DNA of 63,239 nucleotides, filler included, from an uncultured Chlamydiae bacterium (GCA_937899275.1; 13 parts of 13 records of this genome joined end to end with filler, not necessarily neighbours in it); one strand, 5' to 3'; shown: positions 39,982 through 50,787, counted from the first letter of the whole stretch. Notes: generated from the letters alone by a model not told the origin. Made by a program: numbers and translations.

Positions 39982-41360
39982 TGGTATTTCTAGAACAGTT
40001 CAATCATATTTTATGGGAAAAATGTCTACTGATCCTTTTATTAAGCGTCGGCGTTTACCTGACTTTTCGGTTAAAGGGTATGCAGATCCGCTACCTTCTT
40101 TATTCATTAAAACTCGCGTTTTCCTCTAAGCAAAAAGAGGGAAAAGGGGACATATCTCAGTTTCAGTCTCTCATGACCGCTCTTGCAGCAACGATTGGTA
40201 TTGGGAGTATTGCTGGTATGGCCACAGCTGTGATGGCAGGGGGTTTAGGCTCTATTTTCTGGATGTGGGTGGTCGCTTTTTTTGGTATGGTCACAAAATT
40301 TGCCGAAGCAATTTTAGCGGTGAAGTACCGCAAAACCGATGAAAGAGGGGAGATGAGCGGAGGCCCCATGTACTATATTGAAAAGGGTCTTGGCTGGAAA
40401 TGGCTTGCAAGCTCTTTTGCGCTATTTGGAGCTATCTGCGCTTTTGCTGGTGGTAACATCACCCAGTCCCATTCAATTTCTCATGCGATGTACCATTTAA
40501 CCGGAATACCACAAGCCTATACAGGGGTGTTGATTGCATTTTTTGCCGGCATCGTGATTTTAGGTGGGATCAAAAGCCTTGCAAAGGTCAACGCTGTCCT
40601 TGTTCCCGCCATGGCCCTTTTGTATATTGGAGGAGGAATCGTTGTGCTCACCTACCACTACGCTTTAATTTTACCGAGCATCAAGTTGATTTTTACCCAT
40701 GCATTTACAGGCCAAGCAGCCTTTGGAGGCTTTATGGGAGCAGGTGTCATGAGAGCGATGCAGCTTGGCGTATCTAGAGGCGTCTCTTCTAATGAAGCAG
40801 GGCTTGGTTCCGCTCCTATTGCATCTGCTGCTGCGAAAACAGATGTTCCAGGAAGGCAAGCGCTTGTCTCGATGACAGGGGTGTTTTTATCGAGCTTTAT
40901 TGTATGCACTATGACTGTTCTGATCATTGCGGTAAGTGGAGTTATGGGGAAAATCGCTCCAAATGGTGAAGTGTTAAACGGCGCTCCTTTAGTAATGGAA
41001 GCGTTTCAATCGGTCATCCCTTATGGACACTGGATTGTAGGTATTTGCATCATTTTATTTGGGTATTCTACGATCTTAGGCTGGGCGTATTACGGGGAAA
41101 AATGTATGGAATATCTCTTTGGAGAAAAAGTGCTTTTCAGCTACCGCGTTCTTTTCATCTGTTTGGCTTTTTTAGGTACCCTTCTTTCTCTAGATGTTGT
41201 TTGGACACTTGTCGATATTATGAACGGTCTGATGGCTCTACCGAACCTGATCGGCCTACTATTTTTATCTCCGATTGTGATTGCAGAATCGAAGGGTTTT
41301 TTCGAGCTGCTTGCAAGGGAAAAAGCGGTATTTACGCAAGAGTCAAAACAAAATATCTAA
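39978..41360 (+). CDS. Na+/alanine-glycine symporter (AgcS/DagA family), copy 2
   Basis: Same motifs; ATGA overlap with copy 1. Confidence 0.94.
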   Translation: MMVFLEQFNHILWEKCLLILLLSVGVYLTFRLKGMQIRYLLYSLKLAFSSKQKEGKGDISQFQSLMTALAATIGIGSIAGMATAVMAGGLGSIFWMWVVAFFGMVTKFAEAILAVKYRKTDERGEMSGGPMYYIEKGLGWKWLASSFALFGAICAFAGGNITQSHSISHAMYHLTGIPQAYTGVLIAFFAGIVILGGIKSLAKVNAVLVPAMALLYIGGGIVVLTYHYALILPSIKLIFTHAFTGQAAFGGFMGAGVMRAMQLGVSRGVSSNEAGLGSAPIASAAAKTDVPGRQALVSMTGVFLSSFIVCTMTVLIIAVSGVMGKIAPNGEVLNGAPLVMEAFQSVIPYGHWIVGICIILFGYSTILGWAYYGEKCMEYLFGEKVLFSYRVLFICLAFLGTLLSLDVVWTLVDIMNGLMALPNLIGLLFLSPIVIAESKGFFELLAREKAVFTQESKQNI

Positions 41361-41804
41361 GAACAAAATCTGATCGCGTAAGATGAGCTTTACTTCGACT
41401 TAGATCTTGCAATAAGCCTCAAATAGACTCCAGTCTTCATGTATTTCTACAACAAAAGCTACGGCTGCTCTTAAATAGGGTTCTCTATCTGGATCTCCTG
41501 ATTTAAACGTTCACTCACCTTGTTTGTGCAAATTTTCCTCAGCGCTCTGATGGATAGAGGCTTTGCGCTCTACTTTTGGTAAAATCTCATCGACTTTTCG
41601 GAGGTTTCTTCCATCCATTTCGTCAGATGAGGCCATTTTTTTCATAATCCCTTAAAAAAAGGAGTATTTTTTAAATTCTTGTCTATTAGTAATATAAGAT
41701 CTTTTGTTTTACTAAAACTATATAATAAAACATCTATTTAAATGATTTTTTTTATTAAATATGTTATAATATAATTAATATTTTATTAAAAAAGGTGATT
41801 TTAT

Positions 41805-43126
41805 ATGGTGTCAGCAAAATATATCCAATCAGCAGAAAGAAAAAATAGAATGTCACAAGATCCAGTGTGCAAGTGTATATATTCTAGCAAAGACACTGAG
41901 CATAGCAACCTAGCTACAAAAATCTTTCGTAAAATAATCCAACCGATGTTTGCCTACGTATTTTTAAGAAATCTATTCACAACAAAGACGTCTTGTGTAG
42001 AACTCGTAGATTTCGGTGAAAAAGAGAGAATGTATTCTTTCACACCTGTAGAAGATCTTATGCGAATAGAGTCAAGGGACTCAGTTCTCGAAAAAGCCAT
42101 ATCAGAAAGAGCAAAAAAACTAGGCTGGAATCCTGAAGAACAGAGTAAACTTGGTGTCTCCAATTTATCGGCTAGGGATTTTTTATTACATTTGATAAAG
42201 AGTGTAGAGATTTTATCTACAGCAAAGCCTTTGGATATCATTACTCAAAGCCAAAAAGTATTACAACTTTCTATACCTAAAGAGATTTTTGTATATAAAA
42301 AACAAAGTTGGATCGAGAAAATTACAGGACAAAAAGTCCTATGTTTAGAACCTACTCTCGAAAATATCGCTAAAGAAAAAATATCGACAATCGCGAAGAT
42401 TTTTTCTGCAAATATACAATATCAGTACTCTACAAGAAAAGGCGCGGAAAACCGATTGATGGTTTTAAATAAATGTATAGCTACAAGAATAACTAATAAC
42501 AAAGTAAGGAACTCTGCTGTTATAAACAATGCGATTTCTAGAGGAATCAAAAATCACTGTTTCTATATGGTAGAAAAACTGTTAGAAGTAAAAGGAAGCG
42601 CTTCTGCAGATGACCTAGCCTTAGCCATAAAAAATAGCTCTGACAATCCAGCTTCCCTTGCCATACTGCGTGCGGTCATTGAGAAATTCCCCCAAAACCT
42701 AAATGCTATCTCTATTAAAGGAGATCCCCCTCTAACTTATGCGCTCAAATATCACAAACACCGAGCTGTAGAAATGCTTTTAGACAAGGGAGCTGATGTA
42801 GAAACATGTAATAAAGCAAATGAAGCCCCTTTATTGATAGCAATCAAAGGCAACAGCGCAATATCTATAGATCTTTTACTGGAAAAAGGCGCTAAAATTC
42901 TAGATCATTTTTTTCTAGAATCAATACCATTACAAAGTGCATGCGAGCGGCTTCTAGAAGCAGGCTGCAATATTGAAGCAGTAGATTCGCAGGGACGTGG
43001 AGTTTTGCATATCTTAGCTAGCACCCGTAGCTACTACGTACAAAAAGAAAACATGGTAGATAAATTTATACAGAAAGGGATCGATCCAAACCTTTTAGAT
43101 GACGCTGGAAATACCCCACTTACTGT
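41805..43126 (+). CDS. Ankyrin-repeat protein, 3' truncated
   Basis: GDPPLTYA...LLDKGADV, APLLIAI...LLEKGA, GRGVLHIL, GNTPL. Confidence 0.85.
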
Positions 43127-43226
43127 NNNNNNNNNNNNNNNNNNNNNNNNNNNNNNNNNNNNNNNNNNNNTTAATTAATTAANNNNNNNNNNNNNNNNNN
43201 NNNNNNNNNNNNNNNNNNNNNNNNNN

Positions 43227-43352
43227 GCTTTTACCGCTACCAGAAGGTCCTATAATGCCGATTTTTAGCCCAGGATATAGATCCAAAGAAAATGGGGCGT
43301 TATTTCCCTTTTGTATCACCAGATTTTGGATAGATAAAAGGGGCTTTTTCAT
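43227..43352 (-). CDS. Peptide ABC ATPase (OppD-like), N-terminal fragment
   Basis: MKKPLLSIQNL...IGIIGPSGSGKS; ATGA overlap with oppC. Confidence 0.8.
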
Positions 43353-44125
43353 GCTAAAGACTCCTGTAGATCAGTAGAAATTTGGTAGCAGCAAAATAGG
43401 ACAAAAGAAAGTAGTATAGAGGGGAAAATTGCAAGCCAGGGAAAAAATTCCATACTAGCTACTCCTTCTGCAATGAGCGCGCCAAGAGAGCTGTAAGGCG
43501 GCGATACCCCCAAGCCTAAAAAACTGAGAAACGCTTCCATGAAAATTGCTTTAGGCACGCTCGCACAAAGCATCGATGCGATCTGCCTCCAGGAGTTATT
43601 TAACAAATGCCAGAAAAAAAGATGCAAAGAAGACCCTCCCATCTGCCTTGCTACTAAAACAAACGGCTGTTTTTTCAACAGCAGCACGTGCCGTTTAAAT
43701 ACGCGAGCTGTTGTGACCCAAGAACTAAGAAAAAAGGCGATCACGATGGGAAAAAGCCCTGGGCCAAAAACGCTGATGCAAAGAAGAATCATCAACACTG
43801 TCGGTATGGTATACAAAATATCTGCGATTTGTGTAAGAAAAAAACCGAACTTTTTTTCATATAAAGCGGCTAAAGCGCCGTAGGGAAGAGCGATCACTAA
43901 GTCAATACCCATAGCTAAAAGTCCGATAAAACAAGATACCTTCAATCCCGCAAAACAGCGCACAAAAAGATCTCTTCCTAAATGATCTGTCCCAAAAAAA
44001 TGGATCCAAGAAGGGGATTGGTGGATAGTCTCCAGATGAATAGCATTTGGGTCGTAAAATATAGGCAGAAAAAAAGCGAGAAAAAAAGCGGCGGCTAAAC
44101 CGATCATATACCTCTGTTTTTTCAT
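43349..44125 (-). CDS. oppC: Oligopeptide ABC permease OppC
   Basis: HFFGTDHLGRDLF, EAFLSFLGLG. Confidence 0.85.
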   Translation of the reverse strand: MKKQRYMIGLAAAFFLAFFLPIFYDPNAIHLETIHQSPSWIHFFGTDHLGRDLFVRCFAGLKVSCFIGLLAMGIDLVIALPYGALAALYEKKFGFFLTQIADILYTIPTVLMILLCISVFGPGLFPIVIAFFLSSWVTTARVFKRHVLLLKKQPFVLVARQMGGSSLHLFFWHLLNNSWRQIASMLCASVPKAIFMEAFLSFLGLGVSPPYSSLGALIAEGVASMEFFPWLAIFPSILLSFVLFCCYQISTDLQESLA

Positions 44126-45072
44126 GAAGAAAACCCTTTGTATAGTATTTTATGGGTCACATCAATAACCCACTCAATGGCAAAGATAAGAAATGCATAG
44201 ATCAATACAATGCCCATAATCACTCCGTAGTCGCGCATTTCTACGCTATGGATCATCAGCTGTCCTAAACCTGGAAGTGAAAAGATTTGTTCGATAATGA
44301 AGCTACCGGTCAGTAGGTAAGAGCTAAGAGGCACAAGAAAACTCAAAACAGGAGCAAAAGCATTTTTTAACATATGCGAGCGCCAAACCTCTTTTTCTGA
44401 GAGTCCTTTTGCAAAAGCGGTAGTAATATAGGGCTTTTTTCGAATATCCATCAGGCTAGCAGAAAAAATTTCTGCGATTTGTAAAGTAGGTGCAAAAGAA
44501 AGAGCTACTACAGGCAAGATTTGACTTTCGATCCCTTGCCACTGTCCTATAGGAAAAATTGGAAACACCAGCGCAAATAGATACTGAAGAAGGGAGGCAA
44601 GGACAAAATTAGGAATAGAAAGACCTAAAGCGGTTAGGTATTTGGCGCTACGGTTGCCCACGGTTTCTAGCTGTTTTTTTGCTAAAAATATGCCTAAGCT
44701 GCATCCTGCAACTAGGGAAAAAACCGCTGCTTGCAGGCCTAAAATAAAAGAAACCGGCAGAGCTTCTTGAATCAAAGCGCCTGCACTTCTTCCTTCGTAG
44801 ACAAAAGAAGGACCCAGATCAAAAGACGCCATATGAGTTAAATAGCGGAGGTATTTTTGGCCTATAGGCAGATCTAGTCCATAATGCTTATGCAAAAGAT
44901 CTAAGGACTGTTTTGGTAGGGTCATTTCTCTAGAAAAGGGATCTCCTGGAATGGTATGCAGAAGAAAGAACGTGGCTGTAATAATGCAAAAAATAGAACA
45001 AAGCGAAAGAACGCTTTTTTTGATTACCGCTCCTAAAATGGTTTCTTTCATAACATATCTATCTGTAAGCAT
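44122..45072 (-). CDS. oppB: Oligopeptide ABC permease OppB
   Basis: PGDPF, YGLDLP, FDLGPSF, TAFAKGL, IEQIFSLPGLG, RDY. Confidence 0.87.
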   Translation of the reverse strand: MLTDRYVMKETILGAVIKKSVLSLCSIFCIITATFFLLHTIPGDPFSREMTLPKQSLDLLHKHYGLDLPIGQKYLRYLTHMASFDLGPSFVYEGRSAGALIQEALPVSFILGLQAAVFSLVAGCSLGIFLAKKQLETVGNRSAKYLTALGLSIPNFVLASLLQYLFALVFPIFPIGQWQGIESQILPVVALSFAPTLQIAEIFSASLMDIRKKPYITTAFAKGLSEKEVWRSHMLKNAFAPVLSFLVPLSSYLLTGSFIIEQIFSLPGLGQLMIHSVEMRDYGVIMGIVLIYAFLIFAIEWVIDVTHKILYKGFSS

Positions 45073-45217
45073 CCTTTAAGTTTAAGGGAGAAAAAAATAA
45101 GGAGCAAACAGATTTCAAATGGATAAAACCTGCAGAAAAAAACTGTAAGATGGCCTCTCTTTTCTGTTACATAAAAATCAAAAAAAAATTATAGTTTTGA
45201 TCTAGTGTGATGTACAA

Positions 45218-45517
45218 ATGCAGCTTATGAAATCCCCACAAGATCCCCTTTCTTACCTCCATTGGCTTTACCCTTATGCGCAGCTGGCAAAAGCGACAAG
45301 CCCCTCAGAGCTACTCGTCCAATTTCATTTAACTATTTTAGAGCATATCCAACAAAATCATAAAGAACAGGCCTACAAAATATACCTTGACTTAGTATCT
45401 AGAAAAGATGAACTTGAAATCAAAGAAGAGGAATGTATGGATATTTTGCACGATATTGTATTTTCCATAGAAGAACTGGGGTTTCCTGTATCGAAAAATG
45501 ATTTGATCTCATCATGA
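45218..45517 (+). CDS. Hypothetical protein (99 aa)
   Basis: ORF whose stop overlaps the sugar-porter ATG (ATGA). Confidence 0.55.
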   Translation: MQLMKSPQDPLSYLHWLYPYAQLAKATSPSELLVQFHLTILEHIQQNHKEQAYKIYLDLVSRKDELEIKEEECMDILHDIVFSIEELGFPVSKNDLISS

Positions 45518-46914
45518 ATAAACGTAAAAAAAAAAAGACAGAACGTGCATTTTCTGGAGACTACTTTTTTCTTTTTGTCTCCTTTATTGCCGCATTTGCA
45601 GGGATTTTGTTTGGTTATGATACAGGAGTGATTTCTGGCGCGATTTTATTCATCAACCAAGAATTTTTGCTATCTACATTTGCCACAAGTCTTGTGGTAA
45701 GTAGCGTGCTTTTAGGAGCTTTTTTAGGATCGTTATTCAGTGGAAAATTAGCTGATTACTTTGGCAGAAAGCGCCTTTTAATTATTGATTCAATTGTATT
45801 TTGCCTTGCTACAATTGCATCGAGTATGGCAAAAGATGCCTACATATTAATTATGGCTCGGTTTTTCGTGGGAATTGCCATTGGAATTTCTTCTTATGTA
45901 GCTCCTTTATATATATCAGAGATCGCTCCACCTAAATATAGAGGTGCTTTGGTCTCTTTAAACCAGCTTGCTATTAGCGTAGGTATTTTGCTTTCCTATA
46001 TCGTAGACTACTTTTTTTCTAGTCAAGGCGCTTGGGGGTCGATGTTACTAGTAGGCGTTTTTCCAGCACTTGCACTTCTCTTGGGTCATTTTTGTCTTCC
46101 GGATAGTCCGAGATGGATGGTCTTTTCTGGAAAAAAGACAATGGCGCACGCCGTCTTACAAAAAATCCGTAACAGCAAAAAAAAAGCCGATCAAGAAATA
46201 GAGGAAATTCATGCGAATATCCACCTGCAAAAAGGGGATATTTTCACCTTATTTACTCCAAAGATCCGCCCTTCTCTTGTTGTGGGGGCAGGCCTTGCGA
46301 TCCTACAGCAGGTTACGGGCATCAATACCATTTTGTACTATGCGCCCACTATTTTTCAAAAAGCGGGTTTTTTCAACGATACGGCAGCGATTTTAGCTAC
46401 TATGGGCGTCGGCGTAGTTTTTGTGTTATTTACTATCTTATCTTTAGCGATGATTGATACTTTAGGAAGGCGCGCTCTTCTTTTTTGGGGCCTTTCCCTC
46501 ATGGCTATAGGGCTTTTGGGTCTTTCTTTGAGTTTTGCTTTTCAAGATGAAGTAGCGCTTTTACAAACTTTATCGGTGATCATTATGATGGTCTACATCA
46601 TTGGTTTTTCTATTGGTCTAGGCCCCGTGATGTGGTTGATGATTTCTGAGGTATTTCCATTGAAATTTCGGGCAGTAGGAGCAAGCGTTTCCACCTGCAT
46701 CAACTGGGCTTGTAATTGGATTGTGGCCATCAGTTTTTTGCCAATGACCGTATTTTTCGGTACATCTACCACATTTTTTTTCTACTTTCTCGTAACGGTC
46801 ATAGGAATTTTTTTCGTATACCGCTTTGTTCCTGAAACCAAAGGAATTTCTTTAGAAACAATTGAAAAGCGGCTCTACCGCGGTCAATTTTTCCCAAAAA
46901 CAAGGAAAAAATAG
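45514..46914 (+). CDS. Sugar porter family MFS (GalP/XylE/AraE-like)
   Basis: LFGYDTGVISGA, DYFGRK, YISEIAP, PDSPRW, QQVTGINTILYYA, PETKG. Confidence 0.94.
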   Translation: MNKRKKKKTERAFSGDYFFLFVSFIAAFAGILFGYDTGVISGAILFINQEFLLSTFATSLVVSSVLLGAFLGSLFSGKLADYFGRKRLLIIDSIVFCLATIASSMAKDAYILIMARFFVGIAIGISSYVAPLYISEIAPPKYRGALVSLNQLAISVGILLSYIVDYFFSSQGAWGSMLLVGVFPALALLLGHFCLPDSPRWMVFSGKKTMAHAVLQKIRNSKKKADQEIEEIHANIHLQKGDIFTLFTPKIRPSLVVGAGLAILQQVTGINTILYYAPTIFQKAGFFNDTAAILATMGVGVVFVLFTILSLAMIDTLGRRALLFWGLSLMAIGLLGLSLSFAFQDEVALLQTLSVIIMMVYIIGFSIGLGPVMWLMISEVFPLKFRAVGASVSTCINWACNWIVAISFLPMTVFFGTSTTFFFYFLVTVIGIFFVYRFVPETKGISLETIEKRLYRGQFFPKTRKK

Positions 46915-46917
46915 CCT

Positions 46918-46956
46918 ATGTATCTTGGATTAGATATAGGTACCTCTAGCGTAAAA
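46918..46956 (+). CDS. FGGY-family sugar kinase (xylulokinase-like), first 13 codons only
   Basis: MYLGLDIGTSSVK begins 3 nt after the sugar-porter stop. Confidence 0.7.
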
Positions 46957-47056
46957 NNNNNNNNNNNNNNNNNNNNNNNNNNNNNNNNNNNNNNNNNNNN
47001 TTAATTAATTAANNNNNNNNNNNNNNNNNNNNNNNNNNNNNNNNNNNNNNNNNNNN

Positions 47057-49096
47057 ACCTACATAGAACCGATTAAAGATCTCAGCATTGTATCCTTATT
47101 TTGGGAGATGCCTGAAGAATTTACCCATGACGATACAAAATCACTAGACCTGATTGCCTACGCGCTTTCTCGCGGCCAAAGCCGCAGTTTAAGCCGCTAT
47201 TTAAAACAAGAAGGGCTAATTGAAGATCTATCGATTTATCCCTACCTTTTAGGAGGAAAATCAAAAGTTTTTTGCGTCGATTTTTCTCTTACAGAAAAAG
47301 GTTTAGAAAAAAAAGAAGAGGTAATCGAGCAGTTTTTCTCCGTTCTACACGACCTGCAAGAAACCGGCGTTCCAACCTACCTGTTTCGAGAAATGAATGA
47401 AATGGCTGAACTATCTTACAGCTACCAAACAAGAAAAGAGCCTTTTCAATTTGTACAAGAGCATGCTGACGCTCTTTTAGAAGAAGATTTTAGCACGTAC
47501 CCTAGAAAAACCCTTCTTGCCGCAGACTATAGCCCTAAAAAAATTCATGAAGCTCTTGCTCACCTCACTCCTCAATCATGTCAATATACCTGCCTTGCAC
47601 CGGCAAAAAAAACCAAAAAAAACTATGAGAAAAAAGAGCAGTGGATGCAAGTGCCCTACACAAAAAAACCCCTTTCCCCTGCTACTTTACAGTCTTGGAG
47701 TAATGCAAAAAACCACCCATTTGCCCAGCTTGCACCGCCAAATGCCTACCTACCTAGAAATCTTCATACAGTACAGGTAGAACCTGCTCTTGAAAAACCC
47801 CATCTACTCATCAACAGCCCAAAAGGAAAAGTATACTGTATGCAGGATAAGGACAATCCTGGCCCTAAAGTAGCGCATATACTACATATCAAAACCCCCA
47901 CCATACAGATGGACGCAAAAAACCAGGTATTAGCTGATCTTTTTGTAGAAATCATGCAAGAAAAACTCCAACCTTATCTTCTTTGCGCTGAAGCAGCTGG
48001 TCTGCATGCGCAGCTTTACCACAAAAAACAAGCGCTTCATCTTCACGTAGAAGGCTATGCAGAAAAAGCGCCTTTCCTTTTAGAAGAGTGCCTCAGAACC
48101 ATCACCAAAATGCCTATAGAAGAAAAAGACTTTTCTGCAGCAAAAGCTCTTCTTAAAAAACACTTTTCAAATGCCGCTTTCGACCTGCCTTTTCGCCAAG
48201 CAATCGATAGCATGAGAAGCTGCATGATGAAAGAGCACCATACAAAATCTGTTAAGCACCTTGCTTTAGAAAGCGCCTCTTTTGCCGATATGGTGTCTTT
48301 TCAAAAAGAGCTATTTAAACAAACGTATATAGAAGCGTTTTTATGCGGCAACATATCGACAAAAGATGCCGAATCGATCTGGCTCGACGCCACTTCTCTT
48401 ATAGAATCTTCTGATTACCCTATCGAAAACCACCAAAAGTTTTATCCCCTGCAGATGCCAGAAAACCAAGGACCTTTTTGCGTACAAAATACCACAAGCT
48501 CTGGGGGCACAGGTGTGGTTCTTACCATCGATGAAGGTCCTTTTTCTTTTCGCTCAAAAGCTCTACAAGAAATTCTGTCAAAAGCGCTACATGAAGGCTT
48601 TTATCACACTTTACGAACAGAACAAAAAACCGCGTATATTGCAGCAAGCTCTTCTATGGAAAAAGAAAAGCAACTATTCCAAAACTTTATCGTGCAATCA
48701 AGCACACATAACGCAGTAGATCTCATTTACCGCTTCGAGCTATTCTTAGAAAAGTTTTTACAAGAATTTTCCTCTACACTGCCTGAAAAACGCTTTGAGG
48801 CAATCCGGGCAAGTCTGGTCTACGAGTTAGAAAAACCCTTTCGAAGTGTCACAAAAAAAAGCCACCATTTCGACAAAATGGCATTTGAAGAAAACGGGGA
48901 TTTTTCTTTCCGAGAAAAACTAAAAAAAGCCTATCAATCTCTTTCTTACAAAGATTGTCAAGAGTTTGCAAAAACCGTTTTTTCCAGGAAGAACAATAAA
49001 AGATTAGCTATTGTGATTGAAGGTAAATTAGGCGAACCATTTTCCTACCACTTTTTTCCTGAAAAAACAGTCCGCAAAATGCTACACGCATCATAA
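47057..49096 (+). CDS. ptr: M16A insulinase/pitrilysin family protease (chlamydial Ptr), 5' truncated
   Basis: LSRYLKQEGLI, PPNAYLP, FYHTLRTEQKTAYIA, VQSS. Confidence 0.8.
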   Translation, partial: TYIEPIKDLSIVSLFWEMPEEFTHDDTKSLDLIAYALSRGQSRSLSRYLKQEGLIEDLSIYPYLLGGKSKVFCVDFSLTEKGLEKKEEVIEQFFSVLHDLQETGVPTYLFREMNEMAELSYSYQTRKEPFQFVQEHADALLEEDFSTYPRKTLLAADYSPKKIHEALAHLTPQSCQYTCLAPAKKTKKNYEKKEQWMQVPYTKKPLSPATLQSWSNAKNHPFAQLAPPNAYLPRNLHTVQVEPALEKPHLLINSPKGKVYCMQDKDNPGPKVAHILHIKTPTIQMDAKNQVLADLFVEIMQEKLQPYLLCAEAAGLHAQLYHKKQALHLHVEGYAEKAPFLLEECLRTITKMPIEEKDFSAAKALLKKHFSNAAFDLPFRQAIDSMRSCMMKEHHTKSVKHLALESASFADMVSFQKELFKQTYIEAFLCGNISTKDAESIWLDATSLIESSDYPIENHQKFYPLQMPENQGPFCVQNTTSSGGTGVVLTIDEGPFSFRSKALQEILSKALHEGFYHTLRTEQKTAYIAASSSMEKEKQLFQNFIVQSSTHNAVDLIYRFELFLEKFLQEFSSTLPEKRFEAIRASLVYELEKPFRSVTKKSHHFDKMAFEENGDFSFREKLKKAYQSLSYKDCQEFAKTVFSRKNNKRLAIVIEGKLGEPFSYHFFPEKTVRKMLHAS

Positions 49097-49199
49097 CAGC
49101 CGCCTATATGTACGCGTAGAAAACTTTTTTTGTAAAAAAAAATTTAATTCTTGTGAAATATCTACTATTTTCTCAAAAATATATGAAAAAAGTTGAACC

Positions 49200-50324
49200 A
49201 TGCCTTTAATTACCACAAAGTATACGACCTACATAGCAGAGCTTCATAATGCTCCAATCAATGACAAGCTTCACGGAAGTAACGATAACAAACTCCGTAG
49301 CGGAAGAGACCCCCTCTACTCACGCCTGTATTCTGCACTTTTCACAGTCGCAAGCGTTGCGCTTTGCGTCTTTTCTTTAATCGAAGGCATGCTCTCGTCT
49401 ATAGCCGCCACATCATCTTACGTCTTAGGCAACAAAGTCCGCTATCTGCAATTAAAAGACCTGGCAAGAAGCTCTTTATTTGTATCTTACTGGAATGTAC
49501 TCAACGCAGTAACAACTTTCGTGAGTATTTTCATGCCCACTCCTTTGTGTCCTAGCCTAACGCATTTTCGTTATCAAATATTTAGTTTAAGTAATAAGTT
49601 CTGGGGATTTTTTCCCCTTCCCAGCTCTACAGATCAACCATTATTTGAGATCTTAAAAAATGCCCAGGTAATACCTTTTCCTGAAAGCTCCCAACACTTG
49701 GGACGCTTACTCCAAAAGCCAGTCTCAAAAGAAGCTTCTATCGATTCAGATGAAAAAGAAAATAGATATACTGCGCTATTTTCAAATAAAAAATACGATT
49801 ACTACCCTTTTGAGATCTGCAAAAAACTTCTACAGTCTACTTGCCAAAAAGCTCTTGCTCCCATCACTTTAGAACAAGCGCGCCAGATGCAAGATAAAAA
49901 TGAAAATCTATCTTTATGGGCGTTATTTCGGATTCTACATTATCTACCCCAGGAACATGATGTTGTATCTAAAAAATTTCCAGAGGAAAAATGTACTAAA
50001 GAAGACGTGGAAAAGGCGTACAAACACGCTCGTGAGATTTTATTGATAACAGCAGATGAGGATATTCAAGATGAAAAAGGCGAGGGCCATACACCAGCCT
50101 CATCTACAATCCTACGCCTTCCTGAAAGTTGGGACAACGCTCTTAAAGATCAGAGCAAATCGATAGATAGTTTTACAGAGTTTACACAACAGCTTGTATC
50201 CAATATATCCGAGGAAGATAAAAAGCGCTTATGCAGCGCGCCTGCCCTTATCCTAGTAAGAACACTGCTAGAACAGCCTATAACGCAAATAGATAAAATA
50301 CAAAAGATAAGAGATGCTTTGTAA
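49200..50324 (+). CDS. Hypothetical protein with an extended hydrophobic domain (Inc-like candidate)
   Basis: Long hydrophobic stretch at about aa 45-110, then a soluble domain; AT-rich upstream region. Confidence 0.65.
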   Translation: MPLITTKYTTYIAELHNAPINDKLHGSNDNKLRSGRDPLYSRLYSALFTVASVALCVFSLIEGMLSSIAATSSYVLGNKVRYLQLKDLARSSLFVSYWNVLNAVTTFVSIFMPTPLCPSLTHFRYQIFSLSNKFWGFFPLPSSTDQPLFEILKNAQVIPFPESSQHLGRLLQKPVSKEASIDSDEKENRYTALFSNKKYDYYPFEICKKLLQSTCQKALAPITLEQARQMQDKNENLSLWALFRILHYLPQEHDVVSKKFPEEKCTKEDVEKAYKHAREILLITADEDIQDEKGEGHTPASSTILRLPESWDNALKDQSKSIDSFTEFTQQLVSNISEEDKKRLCSAPALILVRTLLEQPITQIDKIQKIRDAL

Positions 50325-50463
50325 GTTAAAAATGCAATTTATCAAAAGCTACTTGAATAGGTCAAAAAAACGAGTACCAAACTACTTAGTAGGTAGTTTA
50401 CTAAAATCAATCACACACCCTGACAATCTATACCAATAGATTACAAATAAATAGAGAGAAAAA

Positions 50464-50787
50464 ATGAGCACAAGTCCTACACATATATATGACATCAACA
50501 GGAATACAGCTTTGAGCATGAAGGCGCTCAATACAGCAAACAATTACCGCAATGACCGAAAGACTACAGGTCCATGGAACAAAACATGGGAATATATGCG
50601 TCCTGCATCCTATTTAGACCGGGCGAAGAGTGCATTGAAAATTTTTGTGGTGCATACTGTAGCCTATCCGCTAATTGCTGCTGTAGCTCTACTAGAAACA
50701 GTTATATTAGGCTCTCTTCTTTTAGTCACTACAATCTCTTCAAAAAATAGCACCGTACAAAATAACCTTCGTAGCCGTCTGATTAGC
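50464..50787 (+). CDS. Hypothetical protein with a bilobed hydrophobic domain, 3' truncated
   Basis: MSTSPT start; IFVVHTVAYPLIAAVALLETVILGSLLLVTTI. Confidence 0.6.
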
